A stretch of 29,054 nt of DNA from Pseudomonadota bacterium. GTDB taxonomy: Bacteria > Bdellovibrionota_C > UBA2361 > OMII01. Both the position numbers and the translations under genes were made by a program. Shown in pieces: positions 1 to 8,314 of the stretch. Each line of letters opens with the position of its first letter. Position 1 is the stretch's first letter. The notes beneath the pieces are model-generated. The model ran no database searches. It was not told where the DNA came from and saw only the letters and a list, made by a program, of their open reading frames with translations. The stretch is taken from contig JAYPVM010000018.1 of NCBI GenBank assembly GCA_038134595.1, forward strand, positions 1 to 29,054. Reading direction: 5' to 3'.

Positions 1-1
1 C

Positions 2-904
2 CCGTCGCCTAATTCCTCTGGTACAACTGGTACAAATAGAGCGGCTGAGACAACAGAAGCGGCTGACCTAATACTCCCAAAACAAGCTGCTGTCATCAGT
101 CCACCCGAGGCAACTCTTACAGAACTCGAGACGGAGGGATTTACCATAACCACCCTAGACAATGAAGGCTTTTCTTTCTCTTATGCAAAGGGATATACGA
201 TTAATATCTTTCCCGTTCCTAACAGCAGTCCCCAACAGTGGTATCTAACCGCCGATCTTGAACCATACGATGACGATCCGCGGAGGCAAGAAAACATGCT
301 CGTTGAAGAAATTCAAAAACTGTGCAATCCAAGCTACAAAGTTGTCTTTGATGGGACTAACACTATCGATTTTATTAACCATAATATCTTACAAGGGTCT
401 ATAATAGATCACGAAGAGTGTGCTTCATTCATCGCTACATTAGGAGTGCCAGACAAAATCCAACTGCCAGATGATAGCTATACTAATATCCAGGATAGAT
501 TTTTCACAGCAGTAGAAAGTATAGGAGAGGTTTGCGCGCAGTCTGAGCAAGCATGGTCCCAGATAGCTCCAGACATGCGGGTGGCAATCCTCTACACTGC
601 TGCATATACCGCGGCTGCAGGGGGGCTAAAGGATAGAAATAGCAACCACCAGCTTGATCGAATGGAGCAGCAGGTAGCAAGCCTTTTACATCTTACTAAA
701 GATTCCGCACCTCATCATGGGTCGTTTCTCATACGCACCAGAGAGCAATTGGAAAAGATCGGTGGTGTAGAGGGAATCATACGTACGCTCACAACAGATC
801 CATTCTGGGAGAGCATCCGAAACGTGCCGCCGCGTAACAATCCAATAGTTGATGTGCTATTTCCAACTACATTTCAGGATTATCTCAAGAGTCAGGGGCG
901 GTAG
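2..904 (+). CDS. Hypothetical protein, 5'-truncated by the window edge
   Basis: The frame of ORF 296..904 has no stop back to position 2 (PSPNSSGTTGTNRAAETTEAADL...RRQENM), so the true start probably lies upstream of the window. No family recognised. Confidence 0.7.
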   Translation, partial: PSPNSSGTTGTNRAAETTEAADLILPKQAAVISPPEATLTELETEGFTITTLDNEGFSFSYAKGYTINIFPVPNSSPQQWYLTADLEPYDDDPRRQENMLVEEIQKLCNPSYKVVFDGTNTIDFINHNILQGSIIDHEECASFIATLGVPDKIQLPDDSYTNIQDRFFTAVESIGEVCAQSEQAWSQIAPDMRVAILYTAAYTAAAGGLKDRNSNHQLDRMEQQVASLLHLTKDSAPHHGSFLIRTREQLEKIGGVEGIIRTLTTDPFWESIRNVPPRNNPIVDVLFPTTFQDYLKSQGR

Positions 905-928
905 ATTACATCATCTACTCGGCGTTTA

Positions 929-2698
929 TCAGAAATAATCCCCCCAGCGCCTATCGACTAATCTACTTGTGGCTGGATCTACCGCTACTTCATCGGGGTA
1001 CCAAGGCTTCATCCGAGAATCGATAGCAATCGGCGGTGTATATGCAAGTGCGTGGCGGTTGTAGGTCGTCTTACTTGCATGAATATCATGGGCAGGATCA
1101 AACCGCGTAAACGTTTGCCACAGAAAGCTCTGCTCTGAAAGAATCGCGCTGGAAACATCATCAACGACAACGATAAACGGCCAAGAGGCGAAACAGGGAG
1201 ACTGTACAATCCGTGCAACAAATCCTGGCTCTTCCTCATACGATGGCCCCTCCACCACAAGACAACCTCCACAGAATACCTCAGCGGCTCGCACGCCTAC
1301 AGGCAAGTCTGTACTCGATGGTTGCGTAAACTCTCTTAGAAGATCTCGAATGGGATCTCCACAACCTATCAGCACTCCCTTGCTACCGTGATTTACCTTC
1401 GGGCCTGCATAGTCAAGGGTATCCATCGAGGTTCTCGAAAAAACATACAGATCTCGGGAAAAGTCCGCTCGGGCAAGTATGTACTCAAACACACCGGCAA
1501 ATGAGGTAAGGTCCATTTGCTTATCTACAAGTAGTAGAAGCTTCGTCAGTGACAACTGCCCCTCTCCCAAAATACGAAATGCCGACTGCAAGCTCTCTCG
1601 AGCATAACGTTCCTGCACAACTGCCGCTGACAAGGAGTGAAAGCCTGTTTCACCATACGACCACAGGTCTCGTACCTGAGGCATTACCAGCGGAAAAAGT
1701 GGTGCCAACATCTTTTGGAGATACTCTCCGATATAAAAGTCCTCTTGGCGAGGCTTTCCTACTACAGTCGCCGGAAAAACGGCGTCTTTTCGATATGCAA
1801 GTGCTTTGCAGTGAAAAACAGGATAGTCGTGCTTGAGCGAATAGTATCCATAGTGGTCGCCGAAAGGCCCCTCGGGCCGCATCTCATTTGGATCTACCTC
1901 TCCTATAAGGGTAAACTCCGCATCGGTCATGAGCGGTAGAGGGCCATAGGCATGCTTTGAGAGAGAGACCTTGGCACCCATCACAAAGGAGGCAAACAAC
2001 AATTCAGGCACATTTTCAGGTAGCGGTGCAATCGCCGATAGAATCAAAGCCGGTGGCCCTCCCACACTTATCTGAACGGGAAGTTTCTTACCTAGCTGCT
2101 GTGCGGCGTGAAGATGGTATCCTCCCCCCTTTCCTATCTGGCAATGAAGACCTGTCGTAGTGTCATCATACCGCTGAATTCTATACATTCCCAGATTGTG
2201 CATACCTGTTTCAGGGTGCTCTGTATACACAAGCGGCAGGGTAATGAAGGCTCCTCCATCTTTGGGCCATAGCTGTAAAAGTGGTAAGCGTGTGAGCTTC
2301 GGCTCTGTTGTAAATGTAATGTTGTTTGCCGTTCGTTTCTTTTTAGAGATTCCTACACGCAATAGATCTCGAAACGTATCTCGCTTTGCCCATACCTTGC
2401 TAAACGACGGGGGAACCATTGTGTGTGGAAATGAAGCAAGCTCTTTAACCAGCTGTTCTGGCTTGGAGCCAAATGCGAGATCAACTCGCTTCGTTGTTCC
2501 AAAGAGATTAGTTGCAAGAGGAAAATCTGCACCTTTGACATTAGTGAACAGGAGCGCCTTGCCCCCCTCCTCGATAACTCGCCTGTGGATCTCTGCTACC
2601 TCTAGATGGGCATCTACCGGAGCTTTAATTTCACAGAGCTCATCCTCTTTGCGAAGTATTGAAAGAAAATCTTGGAGTGAAGACAGTACAGTAGACAT
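929..2698 (-). CDS. ubiD: UbiD-family (prFMN-dependent) decarboxylase, long ~590 aa type, possibly for quinone biosynthesis
   Basis: N-terminal LQDFLSIL...EVAEIHRRV...ALLFTNV, HNLGMYR, catalytic EGPFGDHYGYY, ATVVGKPRQED and C-terminal IAIDSRMK motifs. Confidence 0.92.
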   Translation of the reverse strand: MSTVLSSLQDFLSILRKEDELCEIKAPVDAHLEVAEIHRRVIEEGGKALLFTNVKGADFPLATNLFGTTKRVDLAFGSKPEQLVKELASFPHTMVPPSFSKVWAKRDTFRDLLRVGISKKKRTANNITFTTEPKLTRLPLLQLWPKDGGAFITLPLVYTEHPETGMHNLGMYRIQRYDDTTTGLHCQIGKGGGYHLHAAQQLGKKLPVQISVGGPPALILSAIAPLPENVPELLFASFVMGAKVSLSKHAYGPLPLMTDAEFTLIGEVDPNEMRPEGPFGDHYGYYSLKHDYPVFHCKALAYRKDAVFPATVVGKPRQEDFYIGEYLQKMLAPLFPLVMPQVRDLWSYGETGFHSLSAAVVQERYARESLQSAFRILGEGQLSLTKLLLLVDKQMDLTSFAGVFEYILARADFSRDLYVFSRTSMDTLDYAGPKVNHGSKGVLIGCGDPIRDLLREFTQPSSTDLPVGVRAAEVFCGGCLVVEGPSYEEEPGFVARIVQSPCFASWPFIVVVDDVSSAILSEQSFLWQTFTRFDPAHDIHASKTTYNRHALAYTPPIAIDSRMKPWYPDEVAVDPATSRLVDRRWGDYF

Positions 2699-2976
2699 AG
2701 AAGGATACGAAGCACATTGCTATAAGTTCTTAGTGTAGCACCCTAAAGGCGCCCTTGATAGTGATACCAGCTCTTGAGTGCCCCCCCACAATTGCGTTCT
2801 AACTACTAAAGTTACGATCTGCGGACTCTATGCTACTAAGTAACATTGTTTCAGGTACGCCGTACTAATCAGATCTCAAAAAACTTTCCCTCCCCTTGCG
2901 TCTTTTTTACCCGAATCCTCTCTTTTTGCGTTATAGTTCCCTTCGCTGTTTCTAGATTCTTTAGAGGAGAAGAGTC

Positions 2977-3741
2977 ATGTGCAGATTATTTGGTTTCATG
3001 AGTGAAATTGCCGGTTCGGCTCAGTATCCTTTGCTGGACGCAAAGAACTGCCTCATGCATCAAGCTTCACATGCTCGTATCAGTGGTGAAATCGGTAGAT
3101 TTGGCACTCACAATGACGGCTGTGGAATCGCTTGGCAGGAAGAGAATTCTATTAAGTTAGTTATTCGAGACAAGGATGTCGTTTGGGATTCCGGATTTAG
3201 AGATATCGTATCGGGGCTCGTTACACCTGGATTTATTGCCCACAACCGACGTGCAACTGGAGGCTTACGCATCGGCTCTGCCCTAAGCCACCCGTTTTCT
3301 GGCTCCGTTGGTAGTACGCCCGTTGCTTTCTGCCACAATGGCACTGTCTTTTCACTATTACCCGAAGCTAAAAAGCGCGGCATCACCGATTCGGAGGTCT
3401 TTTTTGAGAGGCTTGTTGAGAAGACAGAAGAACTATCAACAAGCTCTCTCTCGAACTTTTTAGCGGGTTGCAGTGCATCATTGGAGTTCTCTTCTCTCAA
3501 TGCCATGATCCTCTCAAGTGATGCGTTGTATGTATGGCGATACATCGATGATTCGAGTCCCGAGGCGGCGATGTATGATTGGTACTACTGCCTATCAATG
3601 CAGGTGGGCAGTGGATCGGTAACGTTTGCATCGGAACCAGTTGATAATGCACTCGACTGGGAGCCTGTCGCAAATAGAACCTTAATTTCTATCACACGGC
3701 AGTCTGGCGAGGGGCTTGCTGTATCAACTAGTCGGTTTTAG
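2977..3741 (+). CDS. Class II glutamine amidotransferase / Ntn hydrolase (YafJ/EgtC-like)
   Basis: N-terminal MCRLFG (Cys2 nucleophile), HNDGCGIAW, IAHNRRAT, HPF, FCHNGT, TDSE and FASEP motifs; GAGGA RBS upstream. Confidence 0.9.
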   Translation: MCRLFGFMSEIAGSAQYPLLDAKNCLMHQASHARISGEIGRFGTHNDGCGIAWQEENSIKLVIRDKDVVWDSGFRDIVSGLVTPGFIAHNRRATGGLRIGSALSHPFSGSVGSTPVAFCHNGTVFSLLPEAKKRGITDSEVFFERLVEKTEELSTSSLSNFLAGCSASLEFSSLNAMILSSDALYVWRYIDDSSPEAAMYDWYYCLSMQVGSGSVTFASEPVDNALDWEPVANRTLISITRQSGEGLAVSTSRF

Positions 3742-3839
3742 CTTGTTCTAGTCGCACAGTTGGCACATAAACTTTTTTGACTAGTTTTTTGATACTCGCC
3801 ACAATCATAGAAAGTATATTTAGTCGCTTTTAAACTACG

Positions 3840-5300
3840 ATGGACAAGCAATCGCAACAACACTCGGGCGAAAAAACGCCAGGTTTACGCCAACCAACAG
3901 TCGAAAGGGTCTCCTTCTCGAGTTTAAGGATGGAGGCTCTTCCAGATGAGCTTCTCACCACTATGAGAAGTTCGATTGCTCGGATAACAGAACATGAAGC
4001 AAAGATCACCGAGATCTTATGTAATTTAGGAATCACCGATAGACGCCCCGATATTAGAGTCGGCTCAGAACTTGAATTCTACACTATCGCAGGAGAGAAA
4101 AGTTTTAAACGTCGGCTACGTCAGATAGCGGATGCATCAAAGCCGCCCGAATCCGAACAAACCTTTGAAGCCTCGCTTGCCAAGGATGACAGCTATATGC
4201 CGCGCAAAGCAAGAAGCGATAAACTCTCGTCGGCGTTCTACACGGGAATACAACACGCCAATCATGTTACAATTGACAGAGAACCGGCATATAAATTAGG
4301 TATCGCTACTGAACGAAGATTCTCCCTCGATGGTAGAGAAGATGTGATTCAAAACATCGCGCTGTTTCAACACGAAGTAGTCTCTCCTCCCCGGAGACTG
4401 CCTTCTCTACCGGTCTGGCTGGCGACAATTGGACAAAGAATTATCGACGAGGCGCATCAATACGATCTACAGCGCGCAGAGATCGTCACAACACTCCACG
4501 AAATGTCCTCGTGCAGTCTACATTTTCATATTTCACTTCAAGGATGTTTAAAGGGCAAAAGCATCAATCTGATGGCGCGCGATGGATTCGCAAAGGAAAA
4601 GGGGCGGCGGAAAAGCGATCCAGGCATTCCTAGTCAACTTGCTCTTCACATCGCCGATGCTGTCAATGATTTTCTTAAGGACTACATCTACCTTTTCGCT
4701 CCTACCGAGGATGCATATGTTCGATTTTCAGACAAACAGTATGTAGGTACAAGCTTTATTGGATTTCGAGAGCGGAAAGAGCGGTTTAATATGGGGTCTG
4801 CCATGTTTCGCGGGGGAGGAAGAGAAACCTTCAGAGAAGAGGACACTAGCGGACAACCCGATGGTGGCCCACTTCGGATTGAACTACGAGTGCCTGATGT
4901 AGGCGCAATCGGGCACCCAAATAAGCGGGCATATCCAGAGCAGATTCTCGCTCCATTTGATATTGCCGAGGCACTCGCCTATATGGTGAGAAAAGGGGTA
5001 GAGTCCTACTCGAAAAGTATTTCTGAGAGGGAGGTACACGGCCGCAATCATCCGCCTCTTACAGAAGAAGCGCTCTATCAGAAAAACTACGATCTGCCGC
5101 GCTCACCGGGAGAAGCTGCTGAGCGGATGCGACAGGCACAGAAAAGTGGAGAAGGCTTCTTTACACCAAAACGTTTAGAGCGGGTTATACAAAGAGGATT
5201 ACGACAGCAAGATATTAACGCGCTCGACAAAAAACCAAATCTTCCCCAGGGTCAAACTGAAGATAGAACACCGCAATTGAAACTTCTAAATCGCAAGTAA
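3840..5300 (+). CDS. Divergent glutamine synthetase-like protein (gamma-glutamyl ligase catalytic domain)
   Basis: GS motifs in the correct order: GSELEFY (GxExEF), FQHEV (QxE), SLHFHISL (HxHxS), APTEDAYVRF (APxxNSYxR), SAMFR and RIELRVPD. No clear N-terminal beta-grasp domain. Confidence 0.72.
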   Translation: MDKQSQQHSGEKTPGLRQPTVERVSFSSLRMEALPDELLTTMRSSIARITEHEAKITEILCNLGITDRRPDIRVGSELEFYTIAGEKSFKRRLRQIADASKPPESEQTFEASLAKDDSYMPRKARSDKLSSAFYTGIQHANHVTIDREPAYKLGIATERRFSLDGREDVIQNIALFQHEVVSPPRRLPSLPVWLATIGQRIIDEAHQYDLQRAEIVTTLHEMSSCSLHFHISLQGCLKGKSINLMARDGFAKEKGRRKSDPGIPSQLALHIADAVNDFLKDYIYLFAPTEDAYVRFSDKQYVGTSFIGFRERKERFNMGSAMFRGGGRETFREEDTSGQPDGGPLRIELRVPDVGAIGHPNKRAYPEQILAPFDIAEALAYMVRKGVESYSKSISEREVHGRNHPPLTEEALYQKNYDLPRSPGEAAERMRQAQKSGEGFFTPKRLERVIQRGLRQQDINALDKKPNLPQGQTEDRTPQLKLLNRK

Positions 5301-5666
5301 CAGATTAGTTCGCTCTGAAAACCTTACGCACATCGAAAAGCTTGAAGATTAACGAAGGGTCTAGACATTCTTTCTAACGTCCACCACGAGAACACGTTCG
5401 GTAAAAGAGATAAGAGCTCCCATGGTAGGAAAAAACAACGCATCATATTTCTCTCCTAGGTAAGAACAACAAGAGCTTACCAAGATTACGAATCACCGAG
5501 TCGTGTTTCGTAGCACAATCATTAAAAGATGGTTTTCATAGCTTCTGGCTCTTAGTGTATGTGGAGGGAGGGCTTGTTATTTTGTAACCACATGTAAATT
5601 GACGTAGCTATCTACGAGCAACTGGGTCCGTAGTTATTATTTTTCTTCTCCCCCCGTAGATATTGC

Positions 5667-5695
5667 TTTACTTCGATATAGAACTTTACTAGAAT
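5667..5695 (+). promoter_or_regulatory. Putative sigma70 promoter of imuA-imuB-dnaE2 with a candidate operator in the spacer
   Basis: TTTACT (5667-5672), 17 nt spacer, TAGAAT (5690-5695), about 50 nt upstream of the imuA ATG. Confidence 0.5.
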
Positions 5696-5743
5696 GGAGA
5701 TCTGTCCTCATCACTAAAATAACCACAACTAACTAGTAATACT

Positions 5744-6691
5744 ATGCAAAATAGCAATTTACTACAGACCCTTATCAATAAACACCAACTCTGCCAAGCA
5801 AGCGCCGAGCTATCGAATACATATGTGCCGTGTCAGCAAAAGTCGCTGAAAAACTCCCTCTCGTTGACCGTTTCGGAAATAGACAACGCCCTCCCCGACG
5901 GAGGACTCCGTGTAGGAGCGGTTCATGAGTTTTTTGGAACTGATGCCTTTAATCCAACGCCACCACTTACAATCCCGACACTTGTCGCCATGAAGGCACA
6001 CGACGATTTACTTCGGCGCTATCAAAATGATCACTGGCAAAAAGGACATTGGCGCCACGCATCACAAGAAAGTGTTTGTATACCTACCACGGTTTGGATC
6101 GGTCGCGCCTGTTGGCCTGCGCCGCAGTTTCTGCAAGCAGCAGGATTTCTACAAGCAACAGGGTTTCTACAAACAACAGAGTTTCTTGAGACAACATACC
6201 TTGGCAAATGCCAATCCACCCATCAGCAAGATACGTCTATTCTAGCCCACTCCCTTTTTATCGATCCTCCCAGTGAAAAACTCACCCTATGGGCGATAGA
6301 AACAGCACTTAGCTCTCGTAGCGTTTCAGTCCTCGTAGCTGTCTGTCCATCGTTTTCACGCACTACTTCACAACGACTAGCACATGTAGCGAAACGATCA
6401 GGAGCCACTGCACTCTTACTTCGATCTCACAAGGAAGCTACAAAACCTAGCTACGCTCACTCTCGCTGGGAGATCGCCCCACACCCCACCTCATTCGACA
6501 CTCCCCACTGGCAGCTTTGCCTAAAGCGCCTCAAGGGAAGTGGCCTCCACGACATCTCGTGGCAAGTTGGGTTGCAACCCTTTGATTTTTTCAATCCCTC
6601 GTTTCCATCTCTCATGCTTTCGCAAAAACACAATCAAACAGCGAAGAGCACACTACCTGCTACCGAGACAAATCTTGTGCGATATGGATAA
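5744..6691 (+). CDS. imuA: ImuA-like RecA-fold mutagenesis protein
   Basis: IDNALPDGGLRVGAVHEF, LWAIETAL and SQRLAHVAKRSGATALLLR...SRW motifs, no intact Walker A; first gene of an imuB-dnaE2 cassette. Confidence 0.85.
   Translation: MQNSNLLQTLINKHQLCQASAELSNTYVPCQQKSLKNSLSLTVSEIDNALPDGGLRVGAVHEFFGTDAFNPTPPLTIPTLVAMKAHDDLLRRYQNDHWQKGHWRHASQESVCIPTTVWIGRACWPAPQFLQAAGFLQATGFLQTTEFLETTYLGKCQSTHQQDTSILAHSLFIDPPSEKLTLWAIETALSSRSVSVLVAVCPSFSRTTSQRLAHVAKRSGATALLLRSHKEATKPSYAHSRWEIAPHPTSFDTPHWQLCLKRLKGSGLHDISWQVGLQPFDFFNPSFPSLMLSQKHNQTAKSTLPATETNLVRYG
6128..6199 (+). repeat. In-frame 18-bp tandem repeat (4 degenerate copies) inside imuA
   Basis: tttctgcaagcagcagga / tttctacaagcaacaggg / tttctacaaacaacagag / tttcttgagacaacatac, encoding FLQAAG FLQATG FLQTTE FLETTY. 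Confidence 0.9.
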
Positions 6692-8312
6692 AGCACCTCC
6701 GCAGAAAAACCCACACCGCTGGTTTCTCTCTCTGTATTTTCCAACATGGTCTACCGACGTCACAAAACGAAAACTTGCTTCATGCATCCCACCCCTTACC
6801 CCTTCTCATATAGTGCTTACGAAACAGCACACACAAAAAATACTTGTAGCTAGAGCATGTATGCAAGCACTTGCAGATGGGATCCATCCCGACATGGATC
6901 TCGCACTGGCAAGGGCGCGCACAACTTCTTCTCTCTATATAGAGCCGTTTGATCCGGTGCGAGATAAAACAGCTCTACAAACACTAGCAACATGGTGCCT
7001 TCGATTCTCTCCTCTTGTTGGTGTTGACTACGAACTTACTCGCGCACCTGTAGGTGCACTAGCAAACATTTCTCCTCTTTTCTGGGGGATTTCAATTGAT
7101 TTAACAGGCACAAACAGAATCCATAAAGACCTTTCTCGACTCGCTCATACGATACATTCTCTCTTCAAGGGTTCGGCTCGTGTAGCATTAGCGCCTACAT
7201 ACAGCGCCGCATGGGGATTCTCTCGGTTTAAGACACCTGCACTAACGACTATCACTTCTTACGAGAAGCTCTATACCCATGCCGCTTCGCTTCCCATCGC
7301 CGCACTCCGTGTCGACACAGACATAGTGACGCAACTAACAACCGTTGGAATTCTACGTATCGGAGACCTTCTTCGTTTTCCTCGACACACACTCTCCAAA
7401 CGCTTTGGAAAAGCGATTCTTATCGCGTTAGGGCAATTTACAGGAGAGATCGAAGAGCGCGTTGCAACTATCACACCTCAAGAGCAACACAAGATTGTGA
7501 AACAATTTGAGCCTCCACTTCCAACAAGTAGTAGAATTATCGCTGCCATCATCTCGCTTCACAGCTCCTTGTGCATCTCACTGCATGAAAAACACGTCCA
7601 TGCTAAGCGTTTTGTCATAGCTATTACCGACACTGATGACAACACAATCACCAAGGAGTTCTCTCTTCCAATGGTAGAGACCCGCACGCTACAAGCGAAC
7701 ACAACGCATATCACCTCAATTATTTCACCTATCGTTGAGCGACTTAGCTTTTCAGGAGAAGTAGGATGTATCGAACTTTCCGCCCACGACATTGTTCCAT
7801 TTATTCCTCAGCAAACAGCGTGCACTCCAGATCACATCTATGACTCATCAACACTTCAGGCAAATCACGCAACACTCATCAATACATTTGTCGTCCGACT
7901 TGGAAAAGACTCTGTGGCACGAGTCTCTCTAAAAGACACCCACATGCCGGAGGAATCATTTTCCTATACCTCGATTATCTCTAAAGAGTCTGAATACTGT
8001 GCGGAATCTTCTGTTCCCTATACACCAGAGGAGCGCCCCTCTATACTCCTACAAAATCCAGAGCCGATTACAACTATCGCCATGCTTCCTGACAAGCCTC
8101 CTTCGTGGATTAAGTGGCGCAGGCAAAAACTCACTATAACTTCTGGTTTTGGCCCATCGCGCATTACCTACCCGTGGTGGGATGACAACATACACAAGAG
8201 CCCACAATGTGAACGTGATTACTTTACCATTCAAGACGATACCGGCAGATGGTACTGGGTATACCGCGACAACAAGACTCATTCTTGGTTCTTACACGGG
8301 CTATGGAGCTAG
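6684..8312 (+). CDS. imuB: ImuB, catalytically inactive Y-family polymerase
   Basis: SLYFPTW, WCLRFSPLV, IDLTGT, LPIAALR and C-terminal GPSRITYPWW...ERDYF...WYWVYR...WFLHG motifs. ATG 6684 overlaps the imuA stop (6689-6691), so it is preferred over the track start at 6540. Confidence 0.9.
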   Translation: MDKAPPQKNPHRWFLSLYFPTWSTDVTKRKLASCIPPLTPSHIVLTKQHTQKILVARACMQALADGIHPDMDLALARARTTSSLYIEPFDPVRDKTALQTLATWCLRFSPLVGVDYELTRAPVGALANISPLFWGISIDLTGTNRIHKDLSRLAHTIHSLFKGSARVALAPTYSAAWGFSRFKTPALTTITSYEKLYTHAASLPIAALRVDTDIVTQLTTVGILRIGDLLRFPRHTLSKRFGKAILIALGQFTGEIEERVATITPQEQHKIVKQFEPPLPTSSRIIAAIISLHSSLCISLHEKHVHAKRFVIAITDTDDNTITKEFSLPMVETRTLQANTTHITSIISPIVERLSFSGEVGCIELSAHDIVPFIPQQTACTPDHIYDSSTLQANHATLINTFVVRLGKDSVARVSLKDTHMPEESFSYTSIISKESEYCAESSVPYTPEERPSILLQNPEPITTIAMLPDKPPSWIKWRRQKLTITSGFGPSRITYPWWDDNIHKSPQCERDYFTIQDDTGRWYWVYRDNKTHSWFLHGLWS

Positions 8313-8314
8313 CT

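Noticed and set aside
5301..5640. lexA remnant, ncRNA or Gram-positive SOS box upstream of imuA
   Set aside because: No ORF, only scattered weak hairpins, and GAAC-AC-GTTC has a 2-nt rather than 4-nt spacer and is far from the promoter.
6540..6683. Extended N-termini in the ORF track for imuB (also dnaE2 8249, btuB 23460, SDR 19688, lectin 26565)
   Set aside because: They overlap neighbouring genes or regulatory leaders; downstream ATGs fit the RBS or translational coupling better.
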